The position numbers and the translations under genes are program-made. The notes below the pieces were generated by a model. That model saw only the letters and a program-made list of their open reading frames with translations, was not told the DNA's origin and searched no databases. Shown one piece after another: positions 45,959 through 56,782 of a stretch of 64,000 bases of DNA. How positions within the stretch are numbered: position 1 is the first letter of the stretch; every line of letters starts with the position of its first letter. Where the stretch lies: NCBI GenBank assembly GCA_009836625.1, contig VXVC01000004.1:641037-705036 (forward strand), given 5' to 3'. The DNA is from Holophagales bacterium. GTDB lineage: Bacteria; Acidobacteriota; Thermoanaerobaculia; Multivoradales; Multivoraceae.

Positions 45959-47088
45959 TGGAGTTCGTCATCCTCGCCATCCCCTACATGCGGCGCCTGG
46001 GCGAACAGGTGGGCCGCGCGGGATCGGACCCGAACCGGTTCCAGGCGCTGATGGCGAATCTCCGGACGCAGATGACGTTCGCCGAGTCGGTCGGCTACAC
46101 GGGCTTCTGCATGACCGAGCAGCACCTGCAGGTGGAGGGAATCGAGACGACGACGAATCCGCTGTTCTGGGACTACTTCGTCGCCCAGCACACGGAGCGG
46201 ATGCGCGTCGGCCAGCTCGGCATGAACCTGACCGCCGTCAACCCGATTCAGTTGGCCGAGAACCTGGCGATGCTCGACCACTTCACCGGCGGCCGCATGT
46301 TCGCAGGCTTCACGCGGGGCAACACGCCCCGCTGGACGGGCACCTTCGGCCAGCACATCGGGGTCACGGCGACGCACTCCGACAAGTCCGAGGTGGACCG
46401 ACGCAACCGCCGCGCGTTCGAGGAGAACTGGCGACTCGTGAAGGCGCTCTGGACCCAGGAGGTGGTGAGCATCTCGGGCGAGTTCTGGCAGGCGCCGCCG
46501 GCGATGGACTGGACCTTCGCACCCACGAGCGAATGGTCGCCCGGTTCGGTCTCCAATGACGGCACGCTGAAGGAGATCGGGATCGTTCCCCGCCCGCTGC
46601 AGAACGACCCCCACCCGCCGGTCTACGCGCCGTTCAGCTACAGCATGGGGACCGCGAAGTTCTGGGCCCGCGAGGGCGGCAAGATGATGGGCATGTTCAA
46701 CGAGTCGAAGGAGGAGTTCATCCCCCTGACCCTGGACGTATGCCTGGAGGAAGCCCTCCAGCACGGACGGATCATCGGCCCCAACGACATGCTCGCGCTG
46801 GGCGGACACCTGATCATGGGACGGAATCCCGCCGAGACGAAGAAGCTCTACGAGGGCTTCGAGTGGCTGTTCAACTTCGCCTACAACGCCCCTCCCTACC
46901 ACGTACCGATGGGCCGGATGTGGATGGGGTCGCGCCAGCAGGTGCTCGACCACGTGGGGCGGCTCAACGAGACCTTCGGCATCGACGAGTTCTTCCTGTG
47001 GCACCACGTCGGCTGGTTCGAGCAGGACGAGGAGCTGGCGATGCTCCACGAGTTCGCGGAGGGGGTCATCGGCCCCCTTTCCTCGTGA
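45958..47088 (+). CDS. LLM-class flavin-dependent oxidoreductase (luciferase-like monooxygenase)
   Basis: Bacterial-luciferase-fold blocks (TEQHLQVEGIETTTNPL, MLDHFTGGRMFAGFTRG). The ATG overlaps the Rieske stop by 1 nt (TGATG). Confidence 0.7.
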   Translation: MEFVILAIPYMRRLGEQVGRAGSDPNRFQALMANLRTQMTFAESVGYTGFCMTEQHLQVEGIETTTNPLFWDYFVAQHTERMRVGQLGMNLTAVNPIQLAENLAMLDHFTGGRMFAGFTRGNTPRWTGTFGQHIGVTATHSDKSEVDRRNRRAFEENWRLVKALWTQEVVSISGEFWQAPPAMDWTFAPTSEWSPGSVSNDGTLKEIGIVPRPLQNDPHPPVYAPFSYSMGTAKFWAREGGKMMGMFNESKEEFIPLTLDVCLEEALQHGRIIGPNDMLALGGHLIMGRNPAETKKLYEGFEWLFNFAYNAPPYHVPMGRMWMGSRQQVLDHVGRLNETFGIDEFFLWHHVGWFEQDEELAMLHEFAEGVIGPLSS

Positions 47089-47101
47089 ACCGCGGCCGCG
47101 G

Positions 47102-48304
47102 TCAGAGTTCGGCGGCGACCGGCGAACCGTCGCTCAGGCTGTCGCTCGGATAGACCACGACCTGCTCGCCGGGTTCGAGGCCGCCGAGAACCTGGGCTTC
47201 CTGCGCGTTCCGCTCACCGACCTCGATCGTCCGGAGGGCGGCCCGGCCGCGCTCGACCGCGAAGACCGCCCAGTTCTCGTCGCGCCGGAAGAGCGCACCC
47301 GTCGGCGCCTTCAGTTCGTCCCCGCTCTCCCAGACGACGACCCGGGTTTCAACCCGGAATCCGTCGCCGAGACCGGCCCAGACAGCAGGCGGATCGACGA
47401 TGTCGATGACCACGTTCACGCGCTGCTCCTCGACGCCGAGCGCCGAGATCTTCGTGAAGCCCGAGGGTTCCACCCGCCGCAACCGGCCCAGCAACGGGCG
47501 GTCGCCGCCCCAGCGATCGATCAGCACGCGCTGACCCGACCGCATCCGGACGGCGTCCTTCGACAGATAGTCCGTGACCACCTCGATCTGCGCCGGATCG
47601 CCAACTTCGAGCAGGGCTTCGCCGGCCGGCACGACGGACTCGCTTTCGCGCACGCGACGCAGCACGACGCCCGAAACGGGCGACACGATCCGGATCGTCG
47701 CCCCATTCAGGTCGTCCGCGCTCTCGGCGCTGAACTGCAGCAGACGGACCCGCGCCGCCTGCAACTCGCTGCGGGCCGTGCGCACCGCGTACTCCGCCGC
47801 TTCCAGCGCTTCCTGCCGGGTGTCGAGGTCGAGCTGGGCACTTTCCATCGTCTCGACCGAAACGATTCCCTCCTGGCTGAGCCGCAGGTAGCGCCCCGCC
47901 TCCGAGCGCGAGTAGACGAGTTCAGCCGCCGCGCGCTCGTAGTGCGCCTCGGCCTGACCGAGCGCGGCGGTCGCGGTCTGCACCACCGCCTCCGCCTCGG
48001 CTCGGCTACGGGCGTCGAGGAGCACCGGGGCCGAGGGCAGGAAGACCGCGAGCACCGTCTCGCCCGCGACCACCGCGTCGCCGGGCTCGAGTTCGATCCG
48101 CAGGACCCGGCCGGCGAGCGGCGCCGAGATGACGAACCGATCCCGGACCCTCGTCTCGCCCTCGTCGTCGACGGTCACCTGGAGCGGACCTCGCGCCACC
48201 TCGGCCAGTTCCGCCGCGACCGGCTGCGGGCGCGTGCCGAGGATCACGGCGGCCGCCGCCACAACCAGCCCCACGCCCCACAACACCCAGCGCCGCGTCT
48301 TCAT
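47102..48304 (-). CDS. Efflux transporter periplasmic adaptor (membrane-fusion protein, HlyD/MacA-like)
   Basis: N-terminal TM anchor, coiled-coil hairpin (Ala/Glu/Arg-rich 140-220) and barrel-sandwich and beta-barrel domains. Last gene of the minus-strand array. Confidence 0.8.
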   Translation of the reverse strand: MKTRRWVLWGVGLVVAAAAVILGTRPQPVAAELAEVARGPLQVTVDDEGETRVRDRFVISAPLAGRVLRIELEPGDAVVAGETVLAVFLPSAPVLLDARSRAEAEAVVQTATAALGQAEAHYERAAAELVYSRSEAGRYLRLSQEGIVSVETMESAQLDLDTRQEALEAAEYAVRTARSELQAARVRLLQFSAESADDLNGATIRIVSPVSGVVLRRVRESESVVPAGEALLEVGDPAQIEVVTDYLSKDAVRMRSGQRVLIDRWGGDRPLLGRLRRVEPSGFTKISALGVEEQRVNVVIDIVDPPAVWAGLGDGFRVETRVVVWESGDELKAPTGALFRRDENWAVFAVERGRAALRTIEVGERNAQEAQVLGGLEPGEQVVVYPSDSLSDGSPVAAEL

Positions 48305-48319
48305 CGTCTTCCTTCTCTC

Positions 48320-50689
48320 CTACTCGCGGGTCTTGAGCACCGCGACGAGATCGAGATCATGGAGCTTACGCCGCACCGTCCAGGCCGAGATGGCCATCGA
48401 CCCGAGAACGGTCGCGGCGGAAACCAGGAACGTGCTCGGCTCGACCACCACCGGCAGCCGAAACAGCTCGCTCTCGAAGACGCTCATCACGCCGGTGATC
48501 ATGGCGAAGCCGAGGAGCAGACCAAGCGGAATCGAGGCCAGAGTGAGAATCCCGAGTTCGCCCAGCAGGATCGAGGAGATCTCGCCGCGAGTGAAGCCGA
48601 TCACACGCAGGCTGGCGAGTTCGCGGCTGGTCTCGGACAGCGAGATCCGGGCCGTGTTGTAGATCACCCCGAAGGCGATGATCACCGCGAAGAGCAGGTT
48701 GACGTTCATCATCATGGCCATGTTGTCGAGCATGTAGGTCCGGATGCTCTGGAGCGCGGCACTGCGCAGCGTCGCCCCCGCCACCGCCGGCATCGCCTTC
48801 AGCAGACCGTACAGCCGTTCCTCGGCCAGCGTGTCGATCTTGAGCATCGCCCCGGTGATCGTGTCGTCGCGCCGCACCAGCCGACGGAGCGACTCCTGCT
48901 CCATGTACGCCGTCACGCCGAGCAGGTCGTCGACGGTGTCGGTCAGCACGACCTCGCGCACCGGCCTGGAGTCCTCCATGATCTCGACCACCAGCGTGTC
49001 CCCCGGCTCGACCCGCAGTTGCTCCGCCAGCAACGTGGACAGGACGAGACCCGGCCGGTCGAGCCGGATGGCGCGGTAGTCGAGATCGACCACGCGCCGC
49101 AACCTGGCGTCCGGCGCCAGCGCCTGGATCGCGGTCTGCTTCTGCAGGTGGCCGTTGCGCAACCGCGCCGCGACACCGTTCGTCGGCTCCACCTGGAGCA
49201 CGCCGGAGAGAGCCGCGAGTTCATGGACCGCCCTCCGTTCGACCGGTTCGAAGAAGCTCACCGACAGGTCCTGGCGCTGGACGATGTTGAACTGCACCTC
49301 CAGCAGTTCGTCCATCGAGTCGATCATCGCCCAGCCCACGACCATGATCGCGCCGGCGAAGGCGATGCCGACGATCGACAGGCCTGCGCGTACCGGGCGT
49401 CGCGACAGGTTGCGAAGCACCATCCGCGCCGGCTGCGACAGCCATCGCCGCACGCCCAGCCGTTCGAACAGGGACACCCGGAAAGTCTCGGGCGCCGCCG
49501 GGCGCATCGCTTCGGCGGGCGGCAGCGAGACGACGCTGCGCACCGCGCCCAGCGCGCCAACCGTCGCGGCGGCCAGGCTCACTCCGACGGCGATCAGAAT
49601 GCTCGACGCCGACACGTCGTAGATCAGGAACGGGAACCGGAAGTACTCCATGTAGAGACCGAGCATCGCTTCGGCCAGCAACAGGCCGGCGCCTATCCCG
49701 AGCAGGGTGCCGAAGGCCACCACGACGATGGCCCACTGCACGTAGTGGACACCGAGCCGGAGGTTCGAGTAGCCGAGAGCCTTGAGCGCCGCGATCTGTT
49801 CGCGCTGTACCGCGACCGTTCGCCGCAGAACCACGTTGAGCAGGAACGTGGCCACGGCGAGGAAGATCATGGGGACGAGGAGTCCCATGTTCTCGAGCTG
49901 GGACAACTCGTTCTGGAGGTACCAGTTCGAGGTCTGGTCGGCACGCGGAATCGCGCCCAGGCCCCCGTACGGATCAAGAATCGCGTCGAGTTCGACGATC
50001 ACCGCGCGCTCGAGGCTGGGCGAGCGGTCGACCAGCGTCAGGGCGACGTCGTTGAACCCACCCTCCATCTCGAACGCGGTGGCCAGATGCCGGCGGGTCA
50101 TCCACAGAAAGCCGAAGTGCTTCGGATCCGGGACCAATTCTCCCGGCCCGATGCCGTAGACGAACTCCGGGCTGAGCCCGACACCGACGATCTCCAGTGG
50201 CTGCCGGCGACCGTTGATGACAGCGAACAGGCGATCGCCCAGGTCGAGGCCGTGAGCCTCGGCGAAACGCTCGCCGACGAGGGCCTCCTCCGCCCGGTCC
50301 GGTTCCGGGAACCGCCCGCGGCGCAGCGCAACGTCGTTGAGCGCCGGCCGGCCGCGATCCGGCAGGGAGATCAGGCGTCCGTTGACCGGATCGGTGACTC
50401 CGGGCACGTCCAGCGAGACGCTCACAACCACCCGGGTCTGGACCTGCTTGACTCCCGGGATCGCCGCGATGCGCTCCTCGACCCAGTTGGGGACGCGCTT
50501 GGCGCCGGCGAACACGTCGGCGAAGGCGTAGCGGGTGTAGTAGGCGTCGCGGGTGGTCAGGAGCGAGCCGAACACTCCCTGCGCCATGACCAGCAGCGCG
50601 ATCCCCGACGAGACGACCAGCGCGATCGCCAGTACCTGGGACCGGACGTTCCAGAGGTCGCGCAGGAGTTTGCGGTCGAGGGCTTTCAT
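48320..50689 (-). CDS. ABC transporter permease with duplicated FtsX domains (MacB-like; ADOP-type, Acidobacterial duplicated orphan permease), 789 aa
   Basis: Two repeats each built of a TM helix, a large periplasmic domain and a 3-TM FtsX bundle. N-terminal [13 protein letters not shown] is typical. No fused ATPase. Confidence 0.8.
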   Translation of the reverse strand: MKALDRKLLRDLWNVRSQVLAIALVVSSGIALLVMAQGVFGSLLTTRDAYYTRYAFADVFAGAKRVPNWVEERIAAIPGVKQVQTRVVVSVSLDVPGVTDPVNGRLISLPDRGRPALNDVALRRGRFPEPDRAEEALVGERFAEAHGLDLGDRLFAVINGRRQPLEIVGVGLSPEFVYGIGPGELVPDPKHFGFLWMTRRHLATAFEMEGGFNDVALTLVDRSPSLERAVIVELDAILDPYGGLGAIPRADQTSNWYLQNELSQLENMGLLVPMIFLAVATFLLNVVLRRTVAVQREQIAALKALGYSNLRLGVHYVQWAIVVVAFGTLLGIGAGLLLAEAMLGLYMEYFRFPFLIYDVSASSILIAVGVSLAAATVGALGAVRSVVSLPPAEAMRPAAPETFRVSLFERLGVRRWLSQPARMVLRNLSRRPVRAGLSIVGIAFAGAIMVVGWAMIDSMDELLEVQFNIVQRQDLSVSFFEPVERRAVHELAALSGVLQVEPTNGVAARLRNGHLQKQTAIQALAPDARLRRVVDLDYRAIRLDRPGLVLSTLLAEQLRVEPGDTLVVEIMEDSRPVREVVLTDTVDDLLGVTAYMEQESLRRLVRRDDTITGAMLKIDTLAEERLYGLLKAMPAVAGATLRSAALQSIRTYMLDNMAMMMNVNLLFAVIIAFGVIYNTARISLSETSRELASLRVIGFTRGEISSILLGELGILTLASIPLGLLLGFAMITGVMSVFESELFRLPVVVEPSTFLVSAATVLGSMAISAWTVRRKLHDLDLVAVLKTRE

Positions 50690-50693
50690 CCTC

Positions 50694-51430
<737 letters not shown>

Positions 51431-51434
<4 letters not shown>

Positions 51435-53587
51435 GGCAGCTCGATGTCGGGGGGCGCCGCCGACAGCTCGACGATCATCTCCGTGAACTCGCCCGGCACC
51501 GTATCGACCCGGATCATGCCGCCGTGCTCGCGCACGATGTCGGCCGAGAGCGCCAGACCGAGGCCCGTGCCCTGGTCGGTCGGCTTGGTCGTGAAGAAGG
51601 GGTTGAAGATCTTGTCCACGATGTCCTGCGGGATTCCGTCGCCGTTGTCGCGGATCCGGACCTCGACGCCGTCGTCCATCCTTCGCGTCGTCACGGTGAG
51701 CGTCGGCTCGTAGGACTCATCGTCCGTCGTGAGCCGCTTTTCGTTCGTGGCGTAGCAGGCGTTGCCGACCAGGTTGAGGAACACGCGACCGACGTCCTGG
51801 GACACGACCTCCAGGGTGCCCAGGTCCGGATCGAAGTCCTTCTCGATGGTCAGGTTGAACTCCGAGTCGGAAGCTCGGGCGCTGTGGTAGGCGAGCCCGA
51901 TGTGCTCGTCGACCAGGCGGTTGATGTCGGCCTGTTCACGGCCAGCCGCGCCCCGGCCCATCTTCAGCATGTCGGTGACGATCCGGTTGGCCCGCTCGCC
52001 GTGGTTCTGGATCAGCTTCAGGTTCCCGCTCAGGTCCTCGAAGATCTCCCCGATTTCCTCCCGCTGGTCCTCGTTCAGGCTGCCGTCCTCGTTCTCCTTC
52101 ATGATCTCGTCGACCTCTTCGAGGAGTTCCGAGGACACCTCGGAGAAGTTCTTGACGAAGTTGAGAGGGTTCTTGATCTCGTGGGCGACGCCGGCCGTGA
52201 GCTCGCCCAGCGCCGCGAGCTTCTCGCGCATCACGATCTGGTCCTGGGCCTTCTGCAGATCGGCCAGCACGACCTCCAGCTCGTCGTTCTTCTCCTTCAG
52301 TTCGTCCGCTAGCTTCTCGACCAGGTTCAGTCGCTGCACTTCCAGCGCGTGACGGCGGAAGACCTCGAGGGCAGCCGCCATGTCCGCGACCTCGTCCTGG
52401 CCGCCGATGCCGATTTCGGCTTCCAGGTTGCCCTCCGCCATCTCCCGCATGCTGCTCGAAAGCGCCTCGAACCGGCGCACCAGCAGCCGTCCGACGAACA
52501 GCCAACCGATGAAGACCGCTCCGGCGATGCTCAGCACGTTGAGCGCCAGGAGCAGCGCCCGGCCGGTTCTGATGGCCTGGGACGCGGCGTCGGTCGCGGC
52601 ATCGGTACGTGCCTGCGAAGCGGCGACCAGACTCTCGACGTCGCCACCGAGTTCGACGGCCAGGTTCTGGTTCTCCTCCAGCAGCGCCTGCTGCCGGTCG
52701 AGCACGTCGACCTCTTGTCGCCTCAGGTCGAAGGCGGTACGACTCTTCGCCAGCATCTCGCCGAAGAGCGCTTCCAACCGGTCAGAGGTCGCGGTTTCGT
52801 CGATCGCGCTGAGGGCGCGCTCGATACTCGTCGCCGCCGACTCGTACCGCTCCTCGACCGGCTCGATCAGCGGCCGGTCGGTCAGCACCGCCAGACTCTT
52901 CAGGAGCTGATCGATGATCGTGACGTCCTGCTGAAGGCCGACCAGCACGCGGTAGCGGTCGATCTCCGGTTCAGAGAAGTGGACCTCACGGGACGCAGGG
53001 GCAAGCTCGAACGAGCGAAAGCCGGTCATGGCGTAGAACAGTTGGTTGTCGAGAGCAGGCACCAGGAGCACCTCGATCCGGCTGTGGAGCGACTCCAGTT
53101 CCGACCGCAGCGCCTCGCTCTCCGCGCCCAGTTCAAAGCCCTCCGCAACCGACTCCTGGATTGCCGCGATGTTGCCGATGAGCTCTCCGCCACGCGCCTG
53201 GATGCTCACGATCTCCGCGTCGCCGCCAAGGGACTCCTCGGACCCCATTCCCCTGCTCATCAGGTCCTCGAGTTCGCGCTCGAAGGCCCGTTGCGCGGGC
53301 GCCATCTCGACGACCGCCCGAGTCAACTCGTCCTGGTTCGCCGTCGCGGTCAGCCTGGGGCCCGCCGCCACCAGCGTTCCGCTGCCCTGGGCGACGCCGA
53401 AGGCGGCCGCGAGTTCAGGCACCGTTCCCTGGGTGACCCGGTTCTGCGAGTCGCCGACCTGAGCGAAGGCGAACAACGCCACGAGGCTGGCCGCGAGCGT
53501 CAGGGCGGCGGCGCCGCCGATGCCAACGTAGAGCTGCGTGGCGATCCTGAAGCGGGCCTCGGCCAGTCGTCGAAACCACGAGATCAT
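51431..53587 (-). CDS. Sensor histidine kinase with ~260-aa periplasmic domain, HAMP and HisKA/HATPase
   Basis: TM1 ([27 protein letters not shown]), a periplasmic region, then TM2 + HAMP. H-box [22 protein letters not shown], and N/G boxes at the C-terminus (GTGLGLALS). The real start is internal to the six-frame ORF 51431-54034, and the ATG overlaps the SBP stop (ATGA). Confidence 0.85.
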
Positions 53588-54828
53588 TGCTTCACCGCCG
53601 CCTCGAGACGCGTCGCTGGCCGATACCGACCCCGTTCGTCGATCACGGTCAGGAACACGGCGTCCGAACCCTGGTTGTCCCCGTCGCCGAACACGAGGCG
53701 GAAGCCGTTCAGGTCGATCGATCCGGCGTCGCGCAGAGTCTGAATGAAGCGGTCCCGATCGACCGCCGTCCCGCTGCGTTCGAGGGCCTCGATCACCAGA
53801 CGTCCGGCGAGGTAGCCCTCGAACGAGACGAAACCGGGCTCGGCCCCTGGGGTGTGGGCGCGCAGCGCGCGCCGGTAGGCGGTGGCGACCCTCGAGTTCC
53901 GCGCGCTCGGAAACGGCACGACCTGGGTGACGTAGACGCCGGCGCCGCGTGGGCCGAGTTCTTCCGCGAGGGCATTGCTGCCCACGAAGGACAGGGTCAT
54001 GAACACGGGATCCAGGCCGATGTGCCGGGCCCACGCGATCAGGCTCGCCACCGGTTGGTAGGCCCCCACGATGATGACGGCCTCGGGCCGCCCCACCTCG
54101 ATGTCGACGATGGCCGTCTTGACGGCGGTCGTGTTGCGCGGATAGACGCCGATCGCGACCGCCTCCATTCCCCGCCTGTCGAATGCGGCGCGAACGCCCG
54201 CCAGGCCGGCACGCCCGAAGGAATCGTTCTGGATGACCACCGCGATCCGCTCGATGCCCAGATCCCTCGTCAGTCGCTCCACCATCTCCTCCGTCTCCTG
54301 GGCGTAGGAGGCGCGGAGGTTGATCACATGCGGCTCGCTGCGGAGAAAGCCCGCGCCCGTGAACGGAGCGATGTACGGCACACCCGCCTCTTCGGCCACC
54401 GGCACCGCGGAGCGGGAGGTCGGCGTACCGACGCCGCCGACCAGCGCGAACACACCCTCGTCCTCGATCAGGCGGCGCGTGTTCGTGATCGCGGCCTCCG
54501 GCTCATAGCCGTCGTCCACCGTGACGAGTTCCAGGCGCCGGCCATGCACGCCGCCGGCATCGTTGGCCTCCTTGAACGCCGCCTGGATGCCGAGCCGCAT
54601 CCCTCTGCCCAGTTCGGCAGCCGGACCACTGAAGGCGGCGGACTGTCCGAACAGGATGCGCTCGGCCGAAACGCCCGGCGTCCCTTCCGGCCCGGTCGGC
54701 GGTGCCGCCGGCTGAGCCGCCAAAGGCGCCGCGGCGAGCAACGCCGCCGCGGCCCAGGCTGACGCCGTCAGAGCTATCTGAGCAGCATGTGCGCGCATCG
54801 CGACCGGCAGTCCCGTGCCGCGGTTCAA
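53584..54828 (-). CDS. Periplasmic substrate-binding protein, type I PBP (LivK/branched-chain-amino-acid-binding-like)
   Basis: Signal peptide. PBP1 blocks (ILFGQSAAFSGPAAELGRGMRLGIQAAF, VFALVGGVGTPTS). No cognate permease or ATPase of the Liv type is nearby; it is instead translationally coupled to the histidine kinase. The start is 54828 (ATGA overlap with the upstream gene) or 54798. Confidence 0.75.
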   Translation of the reverse strand: MNRGTGLPVAMRAHAAQIALTASAWAAAALLAAAPLAAQPAAPPTGPEGTPGVSAERILFGQSAAFSGPAAELGRGMRLGIQAAFKEANDAGGVHGRRLELVTVDDGYEPEAAITNTRRLIEDEGVFALVGGVGTPTSRSAVPVAEEAGVPYIAPFTGAGFLRSEPHVINLRASYAQETEEMVERLTRDLGIERIAVVIQNDSFGRAGLAGVRAAFDRRGMEAVAIGVYPRNTTAVKTAIVDIEVGRPEAVIIVGAYQPVASLIAWARHIGLDPVFMTLSFVGSNALAEELGPRGAGVYVTQVVPFPSARNSRVATAYRRALRAHTPGAEPGFVSFEGYLAGRLVIEALERSGTAVDRDRFIQTLRDAGSIDLNGFRLVFGDGDNQGSDAVFLTVIDERGRYRPATRLEAAVKQ

Positions 54829-55244
54829 CTCCGGCGCTTGACCATTGACACGTGGTTGCGGCCGCCCTCGCGGCTGTACGAAGTCTCGTCCATGAGGACC
54901 TTCACGAAGTGGACCCCCAGGCCGCCGATCTGCCGGTCCTGAACTTCCGCATCGAGGTCCGGCTCGGGAGCCTCGTGGAACGGATCGAACGCCTTCCCGC
55001 TGTCGCGAACCTCGATCCGGACCTCGTCGTCGCTCGATGTGACCTCGATCTCGATCTCGCTGCTGCCGGGCTCACCGCCGCCGTGACGCACGACGTTCGT
55101 CGCCACTTCCTCCAGACCGAGAACGATGGCGTAGGTCACATCCTGCGGCCAACCCTCCTCCCGGCCAAGCGCCTCGACGGCCTCCGAGACGCCAGGAAGC
55201 TCTTCGATCCGGTTCGGAACACGGAGGTGGAGGTTGGCGCTCAC
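54825..55244 (-). CDS. RsbW/SpoIIAB-like anti-sigma-factor serine kinase (GHKL ATPase), ~139 aa
   Basis: HATPase_c boxes: EEVATNVVRHGG (N box), VRDSGKAFDP and GGLGVHFV (G boxes). The GTG start overlaps the stop of the upstream RR-PP2C gene (GTGA). Only the C-terminal 139 aa of the six-frame ORF 54825-55883 are real. Confidence 0.75.
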   Translation of the reverse strand: MSANLHLRVPNRIEELPGVSEAVEALGREEGWPQDVTYAIVLGLEEVATNVVRHGGGEPGSSEIEIEVTSSDDEVRIEVRDSGKAFDPFHEAPEPDLDAEVQDRQIGGLGVHFVKVLMDETSYSREGGRNHVSMVKRRS

Positions 55245-56425
55245 TCGTCGGCGATGCGCAAGGTCATGCAAGTCAGATCGTCGAACTGCGGCGCTTCGCC
55301 GGCAAAGTCCTGCACGGCCTGCAGGATCATCTCGGCGGCTTCCCGGGCAGTTGGAGTCCGACCGTCGCCGAACAGACCCTGAAGCGACTCGAGGCCGAAC
55401 TCCTCGTTCGACACGTTGATCGCCTCGGTGACTCCGTCCGTGAAGAAGACGACGAGGTCTCCCGGGCTCAGTCGGACGCTGGCCTGCCCGTACTCGAAGC
55501 CGGGAATCGCCCCGAGGGCGAGGCCGCCCGTCAGTTCGAGTTCCTCCGAGCTCCCGTCGGGGTGGACCACCAGCGGAGGGTTGTGGCCGCCGTTGGAGAA
55601 GGTGAGCAGCCTGGTCGAGGGATCGTAGACGCCGTAGAAGACGGTGACGAACATCGCCGCGTCGTTCGTCTCGTTCAGCAGGTCGTTCACTTCGCGGAGG
55701 ACCGCCCCGGGATCCTCGACGCCGACTGCCGCGCCCTTGAGCAGCGTGCGGCTCGACATCATGAACAGGGCCGCCGGCACGCCCTTGTCCGACACGTCGG
55801 CTACCGCGAGCCCGATCCGCCCCGCATCGAGGTTGATCACGTCGAAGAAGTCCCCCCCGACGTTGCGTGCCGCGTGCATGCAACCGTAGACCTCACACCC
55901 GTCCACATGGGGGAACTTGTCCGGCAGGATGGACTGCTGGATCTTCGTCGCCACATCGAGCTCGTTCTGTATCGCCACCAGCTTGTCGCGCGAGGCGAGC
56001 GCGGCGCGCCACTCGTCGAGATGTCGCAACGTCCGCTCGATCGTGACCTCGAGGTCGGTGAAGTCGATCGGCTTGGTGACGAAGTCGAAGGCGCCGCGGT
56101 TCATGGCGGTGCGGATGTTCTCCATGTCGCCGTAGGCAGAAACGATGACCGAGCGGAGGTCCGTGTTCACCTCCGGGATCTGCTGCAGCAGGGTCAGGCC
56201 GTCCATCTTCGGCATATTGATGTCCGAGAGAACGATGTCGATGTCCTTCTTCTCCGTCAGGACCTCGAGCGCCTCGACGCCGTTGCCGGCGAACTCGAAA
56301 CCGTACTTGCCTCGGCGGATGTGGCGCCGCATGCGCTGGCGAACCAGCCGCTCCAGATCCGGCTCGTCGTCGACAACCAGGATCTTGTAGTCGGGTCTGT
56401 CCCGATCGCCCACCTGGACCGCCAC
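55241..56425 (-). CDS. Response-regulator receiver fused to PP2C/SpoIIE-type serine phosphatase (RsbU-like)
   Basis: Receiver domain: KILVVDDE, phospho-acceptor in IVLSDINMPKMDG, and TKP. PP2C domain: GGDFFDV, ADVSDKGVPAALFM, FTDGVTEA. GTG start. Confidence 0.85.
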   Translation of the reverse strand: MAVQVGDRDRPDYKILVVDDEPDLERLVRQRMRRHIRRGKYGFEFAGNGVEALEVLTEKKDIDIVLSDINMPKMDGLTLLQQIPEVNTDLRSVIVSAYGDMENIRTAMNRGAFDFVTKPIDFTDLEVTIERTLRHLDEWRAALASRDKLVAIQNELDVATKIQQSILPDKFPHVDGCEVYGCMHAARNVGGDFFDVINLDAGRIGLAVADVSDKGVPAALFMMSSRTLLKGAAVGVEDPGAVLREVNDLLNETNDAAMFVTVFYGVYDPSTRLLTFSNGGHNPPLVVHPDGSSEELELTGGLALGAIPGFEYGQASVRLSPGDLVVFFTDGVTEAINVSNEEFGLESLQGLFGDGRTPTAREAAEMILQAVQDFAGEAPQFDDLTCMTLRIADE

Positions 56426-56446
56426 CCCTTCCGCGCTCGAAAACCT

Positions 56447-56782
56447 CTACCCCGCCGCAGCCAGGGCGTCGGCCTGCGTGTCGTAGATCTGGATGATGCG
56501 GTTGAAGCCGCTGATCTCGAACACCGACTGGACGGGATCACTCAACGCGCAGAGAGAGATGCTCACGTTGCGCTGGCCGAGGGTCTTTGCGACCAGCAGG
56601 ACGACCCTCAGGCCGGCGCTGCTGATGTACGCGAGCTGGCCGAGGTCGACGACCACCGCCTGGACGTCCTCGCCGATCGCCCCCTGCAACTGGCGTTCAA
56701 AGTCCTGGGAGTTCGAGCTGTCGACGCGCCCCTCGACTTTGGCCACAAGAACCTTGTCGTGATGATCCACCTGGACGTTCAT
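56447..56782 (-). CDS. STAS-domain anti-sigma-factor antagonist (RsbV/SpoIIAA-like)
   Basis: 111 aa with the conserved phosphorylatable Ser context LAYISSAGLRVVL. The ATG overlaps the transglutaminase stop (ATGA). Confidence 0.8.
   Translation of the reverse strand: MNVQVDHHDKVLVAKVEGRVDSSNSQDFERQLQGAIGEDVQAVVVDLGQLAYISSAGLRVVLLVAKTLGQRNVSISLCALSDPVQSVFEISGFNRIIQIYDTQADALAAAG

Noticed and set aside
47089-47101. Perfect 12-nt palindrome CCGCGGCCGCGG between the convergent LLM and membrane-fusion-protein genes, as a possible terminator.
   Set aside because: There is no loop and no T-tract. It is too short and GC-symmetric to distinguish from chance in this composition. It was noted only as a possible minimal bidirectional stop.
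54825-55883. 352-aa six-frame ORF taken as a single protein.
   Set aside because: Only the C-terminal ~139 aa (from the GTG at 55244) have protein-like sequence (GHKL kinase boxes). The upstream part lies in an alternative frame of the well-supported receiver-PP2C gene.
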